Assembly: GCA_965224025.1 (NCBI GenBank) | Contig: OZ245033.1 | Location: 4,576,001-4,640,000, forward strand | DNA length: 64,000 nt | DNA from: Candidatus Multivorans sp. | GTDB taxonomy: Bacteria; Acidobacteriota; Thermoanaerobaculia; Multivoradales; Multivoraceae | Direction of reading: 5' to 3' | Shown here: positions 1 to 9,604 of the stretch, one piece after another | Position numbering within the stretch: the stretch's first letter is position 1 | Layout of the letters: each line of letters opens with the position of its first letter | Position numbers and translations under genes: made by a program | Notes under the pieces: model-generated | What the model was told of the DNA's origin: nothing | Database searches by the model: none | What the model saw: the letters and a program-made list of their open reading frames with translations, nothing else

Positions 1-2072
1 AGATCTGGTTCTACGGCGGCAGCGACCGCACGCCGCGCCACTTTGTGGTCATCTTCCTGGCCACGAGCAGGAACCGGCCCTACGACTTCTGGCATGAAAG
101 CGCCGCGCGCCGGCCGGTGGCGCGCCGCGGCCTGCCCACCACGAACATCGCCGTGCTGTGCGCCGACGAATGGCTGCCCTGGGCCGTCCGCACGCTGCAG
201 AACGACCTTGCCGGCGCCTCCGTTCTCGAGCAGGTCTCGACGCCGCCCGAGCCGCCGGAGGAGTGGCTCGCCACCTTCGCCTCCTTCACCACCGACGTCC
301 CGGCCACCGCCCCCCGCTTCGATGTCGAGACGCGGTGGGAATTCCCGGGCCGGAACCAGACCCGCACCGTGGCCCACGGTCTGGTCCTGGTGCCTGTGGC
401 GACCGCCGGCCGCAAGAGCTTCCAGGACCGCGAGTACCACAGCTTCCAGATGACCGGCGAGGTGATCCGCGACGATCACCTGTTCGAGACCTTCCGCTAC
501 CGGTTCGAACTGCCCGCCGAGGGCGGCGACCCGGACGCCATCCCGCTCGTCTTCACCCGCTATCTGCGTCCCGGCGAGGTCCAGATCCGGCTCAAGATCG
601 AGGATGTGTTCGGCCAGCGCTTCGCCATCGTCGACGAGACGGTCCCGGTGCCGAACCTGGAGGATGGGCAGTCGCTACGCAAGAGCATCCTCGAGACCTT
701 CCCGGCTCTGGCCGAGGCGAACGCGGCCGCCTCCCGCGGCGAGCGCCTGCTGCGCCTGGTGCCCCCGCGCGACGAACGGGTGCGGGTGGGGATGGTCCGT
801 TTCTCGACCCACGCGATCGGCGATTTCGACGCGGTCGCCTTCTCGCTCGACGGCCGGGAAATCCTGCGCAAGCGCCGTCCCCCGTTCGACGTCGAACTGA
901 ACCTGGGATCCCATCCGACCGAGCACCGCGTGCGCGTCGACGGACTGAAGGACGGCGAGGTCGTCGCCTCGGACGAGATGTCCGTCAACCGCGGCGGCCA
1001 GCGCTTTCGCGCCCGCTTCATCGAGCCGAGCTCCGGCGAGCAGTTCCTCGAGAGCACGCGAGCCGTCATCGAGATCGCCACGCCTGATGGCGAGGAGGTT
1101 GACCGGTTGGAGCTGTTTCTCGGCGAGGAACGGATCGCGACCCTCTACCAGCCACCCTGGGTGCAGCCGGTGGTTCTCGGCGGACCCGACCTGACGTATC
1201 TGCGCACCGCCGCCTTTCTCGCCGACGGCAGCAGTACCGAGGACGTCGTGTTCATCAACAGCCCGAACCCGGTGGAGCGGATCACCGTGCAATACGTCGA
1301 GCTGTTCGCCAGCGTCGTCGACGAGAGGGGACGGCCGATCCCCGGCCTGGAGCAGGACCGCTTCCGGATCACCGAAGACGGCGCCGCACAGACCATCCGC
1401 CGCTTCGACTGGGTGGACGACACGCCGTTCCACGCCGGTCTCCTGATCGACACGTCGGCTTCGATGGAGGACTCGATCGAGCAGGTGCAGACTGCGGCGC
1501 AGCGGTTCGTGGACAAGGCCCTCCAGCCCCAGGATCGGATGGCGGTCCTCACCTTCGCCAACCGCCCCCAGGTCGAGAGCCGGTTCACGAAGGACACCGG
1601 CATGCTCGCACGCGCGTTGGCAGGTCTCGAAGCCGTCGGCACAACGGCCCTCTACGACAGCCTCGTCTACTCGCTGAGCTACTTCGACGGAATCAGCGGC
1701 CAGAAGGCGCTTCTGCTCCTTTCCGACGGCAAGGACGAGAACAGCACCTTCTCGTTCGAGAGTGCACTCATGACCGCGCAGCGCTCGGGCGTGGCGATCT
1801 ACGCCATCGGCCTCAAGCACGCGGCCAGGGACCGCAACACAAGGCGCGTCCTCGAGCGCATCGCCGAAGAGACCGGCGGGCAGGCGTTCCTGATCGAAGA
1901 CGTCGACGAGCTCGACGCGATCTACGACCAGATCGAACGTGAACTCCGGAACAGGTACCTGCTCACCTACCAGTCGACGAGCACGAAGTCCGACAGCGAC
2001 TTCCGGGCGATCCGGGTCGAGGTGGACAGGCGCGGCGCCGACGTGCGTACGATGTCGGGGTACTACCCGTAA
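1..2072 (+). CDS. VWA domain protein, probably with an N-terminal GWxTD-type region; 5' end lies outside the window
   Basis: The frame is open from base 3 (IWFYGG...). C-terminal VWA with MIDAS DTSAS, TALYD and LLSDGKD, ending in the acidobacterial VWFA-type tail (YLLTY...GYYP). Confidence 0.85.
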   Translation, partial: IWFYGGSDRTPRHFVVIFLATSRNRPYDFWHESAARRPVARRGLPTTNIAVLCADEWLPWAVRTLQNDLAGASVLEQVSTPPEPPEEWLATFASFTTDVPATAPRFDVETRWEFPGRNQTRTVAHGLVLVPVATAGRKSFQDREYHSFQMTGEVIRDDHLFETFRYRFELPAEGGDPDAIPLVFTRYLRPGEVQIRLKIEDVFGQRFAIVDETVPVPNLEDGQSLRKSILETFPALAEANAAASRGERLLRLVPPRDERVRVGMVRFSTHAIGDFDAVAFSLDGREILRKRRPPFDVELNLGSHPTEHRVRVDGLKDGEVVASDEMSVNRGGQRFRARFIEPSSGEQFLESTRAVIEIATPDGEEVDRLELFLGEERIATLYQPPWVQPVVLGGPDLTYLRTAAFLADGSSTEDVVFINSPNPVERITVQYVELFASVVDERGRPIPGLEQDRFRITEDGAAQTIRRFDWVDDTPFHAGLLIDTSASMEDSIEQVQTAAQRFVDKALQPQDRMAVLTFANRPQVESRFTKDTGMLARALAGLEAVGTTALYDSLVYSLSYFDGISGQKALLLLSDGKDENSTFSFESALMTAQRSGVAIYAIGLKHAARDRNTRRVLERIAEETGGQAFLIEDVDELDAIYDQIERELRNRYLLTYQSTSTKSDSDFRAIRVEVDRRGADVRTMSGYYP

Positions 2073-2119
2073 AAGCCGACAAGACCGGAGACGCCCCGGC
2101 GCCTGGCGGGACGCCCCCC

Positions 2120-3088
2120 TCAGACGTGCCGTTCGACGAAGGGCAGCATCGCGTCCACGCACTCTTCCGGCTTCTCCAGCAGGAGAAAGTGGCTCGTGTC
2201 GGGCACGAAGTCGTAGTCCAGGATGAGGATGTGACTCAGGTTCACACTCGGCAGGAAGGAAAACGGCACCGTCGGGTCGCTGCCGATCACCTTGACGGGA
2301 CAGCTCAGGCTCCCGAGATCGACCCGCTGCACCCAGTCGAGGGACTGGTCGACGATCCGCGCTTCGTGCTCGCTGGGGCAGCGAAGTTCGTATCCGTGGC
2401 CGTCGGCGGCCGGTCGGAGCATCGTCTCCGCCAGGAGTTCCGCAACACCAGGTAGAAGAAGCCCGAAAACAGAGGCCCGGCCGATGCTCTCCGCGAGTTC
2501 TTCGACGCTCTCGAAGCGCTGCGGGCGGCGCCTGACCGAAGCGCCGATGTTGCGCAATTTCCCGTGCACGTCCGCGATGTCGACCGGTTCGCAACCAAGC
2601 GGGCAGATCACGGGGTCGAAGAGCACCACGGCCGAGAATCCCTCTCCGCCGGCAGCGTAGAGCGCAGCGGTCAAGGCCGACACCGAGTGAAAAACGCCGA
2701 TCTTCGGTTTGGCTCCGAAGTGCAGGTCGACAGCCTCGGCAACGCAGCCATGGTCCTGGACCATGGCCGGCACCGTCTGTGCGTCCAACTGGCCGACCGG
2801 GTTCCAACCATGGCTCCGCTGGTCCCAGAGGATCAGGTCGAAGCGGTCGGTGAGCAACGACCAGAACGGGTAGTAGGCGTCGGCCGAGAACCCGTTGCCG
2901 TGACTCAGGACCAGGCGCGGGCCATCGGGATTGCCGTGCCTCCTGAGAATGATCGGAGTCTCGTCGTCAGCGCGGACCTCGACCGCGGCCAGCGGTGCGG
3001 GCACCTCCCATACGGCGCCCACGTCAGCAGGATCGCCTTCCTGGCGCACCGACGATCCACTCCCCGCCGAAGGGGCTCCGGCAGTCAC
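2120..3088 (-). CDS. alpha/beta hydrolase fold protein
   Basis: HGNGF oxyanion motif, DQRSHG, nucleophile elbow FHSVSA, C-terminal His (TSHF). Confidence 0.85.
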   Translation of the reverse strand: MTAGAPSAGSGSSVRQEGDPADVGAVWEVPAPLAAVEVRADDETPIILRRHGNPDGPRLVLSHGNGFSADAYYPFWSLLTDRFDLILWDQRSHGWNPVGQLDAQTVPAMVQDHGCVAEAVDLHFGAKPKIGVFHSVSALTAALYAAGGEGFSAVVLFDPVICPLGCEPVDIADVHGKLRNIGASVRRRPQRFESVEELAESIGRASVFGLLLPGVAELLAETMLRPAADGHGYELRCPSEHEARIVDQSLDWVQRVDLGSLSCPVKVIGSDPTVPFSFLPSVNLSHILILDYDFVPDTSHFLLLEKPEECVDAMLPFVERHV

Positions 3089-4307
3089 GCCGCCGTTGCG
3101 TCCTCGCCGAACCTCTCGACCGCCTCCAGCGTCTCACGCACATCATCCCAACTGGTCGTGTGGTTGATGATGCAGAAGCGGAGCGAGAAGGTTCCGTGGA
3201 GCGAAGTCGACGAAACGAACGCACGATCGTCCCAGAACAGGCGCGCGAGGACCTCTCCGTTGATCTCCTCGAGCGGTTCCTCCTCGAGATCGACGGCTTC
3301 CGGGTTGACTCGCATGCAGACCACGCCAAGCGACGCGGGCGTCAGAAGCTCCAGGGTCGGACTCTGCTCCACGTACTCCTCCGCTCGGAAGGCAAGTGCC
3401 ATCCCCTTCGACACGGCCCGCCGGAACGCGGACATGCCGAACGTCTGGACCGACATCCAGATCTTCAGCGCCCGGAAGGAACGGCTCAACTGCAGGCCGC
3501 GATCGTTGATGTTCGGGTGGTGCGCGCCCCAGATCGTGTCCTGGAGAACGGTCGTGCCAAAGGCGAAGACGTCTTCAAGGGTGCTGGCATCCTTGACCAG
3601 CAGGCAGCCCACATCGTATGGCTGGAAGAGCCACTTGTGCGGGTCCAGTCCGATCGAATCGGCGCGCTCGGACTCAGGCCTGACGCCGAGGATCATCGCG
3701 GCTCGCGCCTGTGCACTGTGACTCTGATCGCTCATGTACACGGTCGGCCGCTCGGGATTGCCGGCCGCTTCCCTGGCCGCGACGAGGCGTCCACGCTGGC
3801 GGCAGAACCGCCGCTGGTCAGCAGCCCGCCGGCACTCTCCGGATAATCAAGCCAGCGCCGGAACCAGTCCAGGACGACGAGTTCGAGCTGGCTCGGACCG
3901 CTCGCGACCAGCCAGGTGCAGGCGTTCACGTTGTAAGCGGAAGCAAGAAAATCCGCGATGATGCCGGGCCAGGTTGGCTCAGTAGGAACGAACCCGAAGC
4001 AGCGGGGGTGGTCCAGTCGGGTCGTCATCGGAAGGATGTCTTCTACGGCTCGATGGAGAACTTTCTCGGCCGGGTTGCCCTCCTCCGGCGGATCCTCGAG
4101 GAGCAGACGCTCGAGCCCCTCCTTGAATTCTCCGTCCCAGGCGTCTTCCTGAGGCAGGCTCTCAATACGCGCTACTGCAAGCTCCGCAGCCCGGCGGGCA
4201 AGGTCCAACATCGCCTGCGGCGACATCCGCAGGTCGGAAAGGCCTGCTCCCCCGTCGTCGGCCAGCGCGTCTTCTCCGCCCCTGCCGGGTTCTCCAGCCT
4301 GCAGCAT
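3085..4307 (-). pseudogene. PLP-dependent (group II, aromatic amino acid-type) decarboxylase, disrupted
   Basis: HPRCFGF, LTSGGS, SDQSHS and DPHKWLFQPY motifs. A 1-bp frameshift lies near 3786, and the ATAGTT/WLHVDAA segment is absent between GVRPE and ADSIGLDPHK. Confidence 0.85.
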
Positions 4308-4326
4308 TGTTCTCGACCCTACAGCG

Positions 4327-5229
4327 TCAACGAAACGCCGGCGCCACATCCTCGATGAACTGGTCCAGGACTTCCTTCTGCCGGTCCTTGCCGCCCAGGT
4401 TGAAGGCCGGGACAATGAATTCTTCTACTCCGGCATCCCGGTAGGCGCCGACCGCGTCGACGATCTGAGGCACGCCGCCGATGTTCGAGGGCATCGCCGC
4501 GCCGCGCGCCCGCACCTTCGCCAGGAACGCCTCGTCGTCGCTCAGGAACAGCAGCGCCACCGCCGAGCGCTCGATCTCCGCCGGATCGCGGCCCACGTTC
4601 TCGCAGTGGGCGTCGAGCACCGCCATCTTGTGCTTGAGGATGTCGACCGTGCCCCAGACGTTCCACTCGTCCGCATGCTGGGCGGTGATCCGCAGGGTTA
4701 CCTTCTCGCCGCCGCCGCCGATCATCAACGGCAGCGGATCCTGCACCGGCTTCGGCTCGAGCGGCGCTCCGATCAAGGAGTACGCGTTGCCCGCGAAGTC
4801 GGCGCTCTGCCGACCGTACAGCGCCTTGATCACCCGGCAGGCCTCGTCGAGACGGCGGAGGCGTTCGCCGAGCGTGTAGAACGGGATGCCGTACGCAAGG
4901 TGCTCGTTCTCCTGCCAGCCGGCGCCCAGGCCCAGGACAACGCGGCCGCCGGAGATGTGATCGATCGTCGCCGCCATCTTCGCCAGCACCGCCGGATGCC
5001 GGTAGGTGTTGCCCGTGACCAGGGGTCCGAGACGCACTCGAGGCACGGCCGCCGCGAGCGCCGCGATCGTGGTCCAGCTTTCCGCCCATGGCGCCGACGT
5101 GTCCTCGCCGTTCGGCATGAAGTGATCGGCGTACCAGATGCCGTCCCAGCCGCTCGCCTCGACGTGCCGGGACATCTCCAGCAGGTCGGACCAGGGCATC
5201 GTGGGGGCGGGCCAGTAGCTGAATCGCAT
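4327..5229 (-). CDS. LLM-class F420-dependent oxidoreductase
   Basis: WYADHF, YRHPAVLAKMAATIDHISGGR and GLGAGW motifs. Confidence 0.9.
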   Translation of the reverse strand: MRFSYWPAPTMPWSDLLEMSRHVEASGWDGIWYADHFMPNGEDTSAPWAESWTTIAALAAAVPRVRLGPLVTGNTYRHPAVLAKMAATIDHISGGRVVLGLGAGWQENEHLAYGIPFYTLGERLRRLDEACRVIKALYGRQSADFAGNAYSLIGAPLEPKPVQDPLPLMIGGGGEKVTLRITAQHADEWNVWGTVDILKHKMAVLDAHCENVGRDPAEIERSAVALLFLSDDEAFLAKVRARGAAMPSNIGGVPQIVDAVGAYRDAGVEEFIVPAFNLGGKDRQKEVLDQFIEDVAPAFR

Positions 5230-5284
5230 CGGAGGGCTCCGTCGGGCGTTACGTCTCGGACGGCGCGTACCTTACCGCGCCCAG

Positions 5285-5377
5285 CTACGACGCCCCAGCC
5301 CCAAACGCCGAGAACGGCGCCGCCGCCGGCACAGCCACTGTCCGCTCGTCGATTGCATACTTCTTGTCGCCGGGATA
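5285..5377 (-). repeat. diverged direct-repeat copy of the 3' end of the DUF4143 ATPase gene (other copy at 8360-8452)
   Basis: 93 bp, about 10 mismatches by hand alignment, first 34 bp identical. Encodes YPGDKKYAIDERTVAVPAAAPFSAFGAGAS* versus YPGDQRYAIDDRIVAVPAAMPFSAFGAGAS*. Confidence 0.9.
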
Positions 5378-5392
5378 ATGGATCTTCGCACC

Positions 5393-5779
5393 TCACCACA
5401 CTCGATTAACGGCGTAGCGATCGAACGCCGCGTCGACCGACACCAGCGGCAGGTCGCGCGCCAAGGCTTGCGCGATGAGCATTCGGTCGAACGGATCGCG
5501 GTGCGGCCCGGGCAGACGTCCGGCGCGCTCGGCATCGGCAACGCTTATCTGGAGTTCCGTGAAGCCCTGGGTCCCGATGCAACCGACGACATCTCGGGCC
5601 ACGGTTTCGCCTCCGGGCAGCTTGCCCAATCGGTACTTCGTTGCGATCTCCCAGGCGGAGGCCGCGCTAACCAGGATCTCGTTCGAGTCGTCCCGAATCA
5701 GGCGGCGAGCGGTCTCCGAGAGACGCGCGCTGTCCGCGACCCACCACAGAAGCGCGTGAGTGTCCAAGAGGGCCTTCAC
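5393..5779 (-). CDS. vapC: PIN-domain toxin (VapC family)
   Basis: LLDTHALLW, SAASAWEI and HRDPFDRMLIAQA motifs. Confidence 0.93.
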   Translation of the reverse strand: MKALLDTHALLWWVADSARLSETARRLIRDDSNEILVSAASAWEIATKYRLGKLPGGETVARDVVGCIGTQGFTELQISVADAERAGRLPGPHRDPFDRMLIAQALARDLPLVSVDAAFDRYAVNRVW

Positions 5780-5785
5780 GCCGAT

Positions 5786-6016
5786 CTACTGTTCCCAGAG
5801 GGAAAGCTCTTCTTCCGGCAACGGGTCGAAGAAACTGTCTGGAACGACGACCCTGCCTTTCAGGACGTCGGGCTGGCGCCTGACCTTCGGCCGGCAGCAG
5901 ACGAGCCGCGCGACCGGTTCGCCGCGGCGCGCTATCACCACGTCCTCCCCGGCCTCGACCTGGGCCAGCAGCCGCGAGAGTTGAGTCTTGGCTTGATGAA
6001 CGTTGACGATGGTCAC
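5786..6016 (-). CDS. Phd/YefM-family antitoxin
   Basis: VNVHQAKTQLSRLL...GEDVVIARRGEPVARL; lies directly upstream of vapC. Confidence 0.92.
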   Translation of the reverse strand: MTIVNVHQAKTQLSRLLAQVEAGEDVVIARRGEPVARLVCCRPKVRRQPDVLKGRVVVPDSFFDPLPEEELSLWEQ

Positions 6017-6112
6017 TGCAAACGCCCTCCCAAGAGTCCTGTTCGACGAAGACGCGAGTCCAGACCACCACAGCAGACGGAGCGGACCGCCATTGCGCTG
6101 AACCGAAACACG

Positions 6113-6151
6113 AACCTAGCTAAGACTATGGCTAGGTTGTGCGATGGTCAA
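6113..6151 (-). promoter_or_regulatory. sigma70-like promoter with an overlapping palindromic operator for the Phd-VapC operon
   Basis: Minus strand TTGACC-N17-TAGTCT; inverted repeat AACCTAGC-N10-GCTAGGTT at 6113-6138. Confidence 0.65.
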
Positions 6152-6257
6152 GCCAGGAGCGGGACCGCGCCGAGGCGCGAGCGGCCTTCGAGGCTGGTAC
6201 TCGTGGGCGATCCGCAGCCGCCCGGAGCCGATGAAGCGAAGGGGTCCGCATAAGACA

Positions 6258-6548
6258 TCAAACGATCCAGGGTTCCCCGGTCTCGCGATCCTGACCTCTG
6301 CCGAAGCGGCTGCGAGCTTCCTCGATCGGCGCGGCGAAGCGATAGACGATCACCGAGTCCTGGCGGCAGTCGATCACGTCCTGCACCTCGCCGATCATGC
6401 GGGTTAGCCGCACTGGCGACAAGCGACACTCGAAGACGGACATCTGCACCCGCTGGCCGTACTTCTCGCAAACCCGCGCAACCCGCCTGAGGCGCGAGGC
6501 GCCTTCGCCCTCCGTGTCGGCGATGTCGTAGGTGACGAGGACATCCAT
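6258..6548 (-). CDS. cas2: CRISPR-associated endoribonuclease Cas2
   Basis: VLVTYDI...RLRRVARVCEKYGQRVQMSVFEC. Confidence 0.93.
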   Translation of the reverse strand: MDVLVTYDIADTEGEGASRLRRVARVCEKYGQRVQMSVFECRLSPVRLTRMIGEVQDVIDCRQDSVIVYRFAAPIEEARSRFGRGQDRETGEPWIV

Positions 6549-6551
6549 CGC

Positions 6552-7345
6552 TCAAGCCAGAACGAACGGCGGATAGACCGGCAGATCGCCTCGCAGGTGG
6601 CGCGCCAGCCGAGTCGCCTGAATTGACGGCAGGACCCAACGGCCGACCCGCCGGCCCGACACCCGGTGGAACACGGCGGTTTCCTTGTGGCGTTCCCAGG
6701 CCTTGATCAGGCCAGCGCGGCCATCATCGCTCAGGTAGACGCCGCCTCCCGGCGTGCAAACGAAGCTGTCGTGCCCCACCTGCCGTCTCCGCACAAGGGA
6801 CACGACGAAGCGGTCCGCCAGAGCACGCAGCTCCTCGGCAAGATCGAGGGCCAACGAGGGTCTGCCGGACCGCGGCCGATGGAAGAAGTCCATCTGGTAG
6901 TCCAACCCGACACTCTCCGTCGCGCCAATGAACTCAGTGGCGAGAAGTCCGTAGCAGAAGCCGAACATCGCGTTCACCGGATCGCGCGGCGGCCGCCGGT
7001 TTCGCTTTGAGAACCGGAGGTCGCACTTTGAAAGAGCCTGCCTGACCGCCCCGAAGTAGACTCGGGCGGCGTCACCTTCGACGCCCCGAACGTGGTCCGC
7101 CGTCTCCGCGCCGGCCAACCGCCCGACACGCTCTCCGATCTGCCGCGCTCGTTCCGCCAGACCCTCGGCCTCGTAAGAATCTCGTTCGTCGCGGGCCCAG
7201 CGTTCCACGACCTTGCGGCTGTTCTGGAGCTTCGCGGCTACGAACGCCTTCGCCAGCGAGAGAGAATGAGCGGCATCCGCGACCGCTCCATAGAGCGCAG
7301 ACCGCAGGTGGACATTCCGCCCGTGACGCCGCCGACGACGAACCG
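6552..7345 (-). pseudogene. cas1: Cas1, N-terminally deleted and frameshifted
   Basis: GVEGDAARVYF, RRPPRDPVNAM, SLALDLAEE and C-terminal RHLRGDLPVYPPF (I-C-like). Upstream RFVVGGVTG/NVHLR is out of frame at about 7315-7320. Confidence 0.88.
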
Positions 7346-7645
7346 CTGTTCCCGGATCTGCCGCACGACTTCTACTACTTGGCCCCGCAACGCCGTAGTG
7401 AACTCAACGCGAACCCAGCGTCGCGGCCCGCCGTACCAGACAGAGCCCTCCGGCACATCGACGCCCAGCATCTCCTCCAGGCACAGCGCCTGGGCGCATA
7501 GCTGGAGGTCGGCAGCCAAACCGTGACGGACGCCCGACTTCTACTCGACCGGCCGCACCGCTCCCCGCTCTGGTTCCACCGCATCGGCTCTGCCAATGAG
7601 CCCCAACACCTCAGACCACAAGGGGATCGCCCGGAGGACACAACG
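7346..7645 (-). pseudogene. cas4: Cas4 internal fragment
   Basis: LWSEVLGLIGRADAVE...PVE*KSG...QLCAQALCLEEM. TAG stop in the EYK motif at 7541-7543; the Fe-S cysteine termini are missing. Confidence 0.85.
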
Positions 7646-7729
7646 CAACTTGGCCTTGGCCGGCGCCTCGCCGAGCAATTCGAGCGCTGCCTCGGGATGG
7701 CCGCTGTGTCATGTACGTTGGCAGAGAGG

Positions 7730-8109
7730 GTAAGGTACGCGTCGGCGTTGCGGTGCGGAAACTCCAGACTCGACAACCGCTTCGGCAGATGAGCCGGCAG
7801 ACTCGGCAGAGACAGATCGAGAACGAACTCCGGCACCGGCACCAGGTCCCGGTTCCGACGCAGGGCGTCCTTGAGGCGGTTCGCCTGCGACGGCACGTTG
7901 TCGATCACGATCACCGGCGTGGGTTCGTCGTCGTCCAGAGAAACCCACCGCCAATCCTCCTGATATCTGCCGCCTTCGTACGCGGCGGGCTTCACTGGTC
8001 CGCCCGCGCCCGCCAAGGGAGCCAAATCCGTGTCGATGCGGATACCGGCGTCAAACGAGTCGTCAGCAGAAGCGGAGAGCAACAACTCCAAGTCGATCGT
8101 ACGGGCCAT
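7730..8109 (-). pseudogene. cas7: type I-G (I-U) Cas7/Csb1 5' fragment
   Basis: PVKPAAY, VIDNVPSQANRL and PHRNADAYL motifs typical of Csb1; truncated after about 125 aa. Confidence 0.75.
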
Positions 8110-8359
8110 GCGTGTACTTCCCTATCAAGAGACGGCGGCTCAGTTGTCGGAAGCAACAGACCATTCTTGAGTGCTTTCGCATAGGTCAACACTCTCGTCG
8201 GTCGAGTTCGCGAACGCCCGTTCGATCGCTGGCAACGCCCCGAAACGCAACCGATCAACGTCTTTGCGAGTGAGCCACCTGCCGGCGTGAACGGATTCAA
8301 GCGCATGTGGACGGCGATCGAGAGCGGCGACTGGGATACGGCCGCCGACGAGAGGCCGC

Positions 8360-9520
8360 CTACGACGCCCCAGCCCCAAACGCCGAGAACGGCATCGCCG
8401 CCGGCACGGCAACAATCCGGTCGTCGATTGCATACCTCTGGTCGCCTGGATAGACGACGTAGAGCGCATCCAGCCGGAGGTCGTTCACGGCAACGATCAT
8501 CGAGCGGGTTCGGCGCGGAGCGTCGACGCGCTTGATCTCGAGGCCGACCCGGCGGCCCTGCGTCAACAGCAAGAGGTCGAGTTCGGCGCCGTTGTGGGTG
8601 GCCCAGAAGTAGACCTCGTCCGGAACCGACTCCGCGATCACCTTCTCCAGGATGAACCCCTCCCAGGAAGCGCCGATGCGGGGGTGCAGATGGAGGGCAT
8701 CCATCGTGCCGACGCCGATCAACTGGTGGTAGAGCCCGGCATCCCGAAGGTAGACCTTGGTCCGCTTGACCTGGCGCTTGCGCAGGTTCTCGTGCCACGG
8801 CCGCAACTGCCGGATCATGAACAAGTGCTCCAGCAGGTCGACGTATCGCCGAACCGTCGCCTGGGCAACACCGAGGGCCGTCGCCAACTCGGCGACGTTG
8901 AGAATCTGCCCGTGGTAGTGCGCGACCATGGCCAAGAACCGGTGGAGAGCCGGAACGCTCAGCGCGGCCCCGAACTGCGGCAGGTCTCGCTCCACGAAGG
9001 TTCTGAGAAAGGCCCTACGCCAGGCCAGACTGTCGGCATCCGTCGAGGCCAGGAACGACAGCGGAAAGCCGCCGCGCATCCACAAGTCCGGCATCCGCGC
9101 GACGCCGACCTCATCGACGCCGAAGCCGCCGAGTTCGATGTACTCGATACGTCCGGCCAGCGATTCGGAACTCTGGCGCAGCAGATCCGGACCCGCGCTG
9201 CCGAGCACCAGGAAACGCGCCGGGTTGTCGTCGCGGTCGACCAGGACCCGCAACACCGGGAACAGGTCGGGCCGGCGCTGCACTTCGTCGATGACGACCA
9301 GACCGGCCAAGTCCTGAAGCGCCGTCCGCGGGTTCTCCAGCCGTGCCAGGCTGATCGGATCTTCGAGGTCGAAGTAGTTGGCCGAGTCGGCAGACACGAG
9401 TTGCCGGGCCAGAGTGGTCTTGCCAGACTGGCGCGGCCCGACGATCGTGACGACAGGAAAACGGCCGAGCGCCGTCGTTACGAAGTCCTGGGCCGTACGG
9501 GGAACTAGGTCACGCGCCAT
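8360..9520 (-). CDS. AAA+ ATPase with DUF4143 (COG1373-like)
   Basis: GPRQSGKTT, VVIDEVQ, SESLAGR, GGFP and YFW...ELDLL..GLEIK. Confidence 0.92.
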   Translation of the reverse strand: MARDLVPRTAQDFVTTALGRFPVVTIVGPRQSGKTTLARQLVSADSANYFDLEDPISLARLENPRTALQDLAGLVVIDEVQRRPDLFPVLRVLVDRDDNPARFLVLGSAGPDLLRQSSESLAGRIEYIELGGFGVDEVGVARMPDLWMRGGFPLSFLASTDADSLAWRRAFLRTFVERDLPQFGAALSVPALHRFLAMVAHYHGQILNVAELATALGVAQATVRRYVDLLEHLFMIRQLRPWHENLRKRQVKRTKVYLRDAGLYHQLIGVGTMDALHLHPRIGASWEGFILEKVIAESVPDEVYFWATHNGAELDLLLLTQGRRVGLEIKRVDAPRRTRSMIVAVNDLRLDALYVVYPGDQRYAIDDRIVAVPAAMPFSAFGAGAS

Positions 9521-9604
9521 TGGATCCACGATAACACGCACATGGACTGCGGTTTTTCATGGATCTTCGCGCGTGCCGGGGGCCGGAGGGGTCAAGCCAA
9601 GCGT

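Noticed and set aside
675-2807. Long antisense and alternative-frame ORFs (also 11255-13465, 23889-25838, 46232-47803, 52696-54306 and others)
   Set aside because: They are shadows of well-supported genes in high-GC DNA and carry no motifs.
6020-6257. CRISPR array downstream of cas2
   Set aside because: No repeated 28-37 bp unit with spacers; only a possible leader-like stretch and the TA promoter.
8140-8280. Possible C-terminal remnant of a cas3/cas8 gene upstream of cas7
   Set aside because: The position fits, but I recognise no diagnostic motif.
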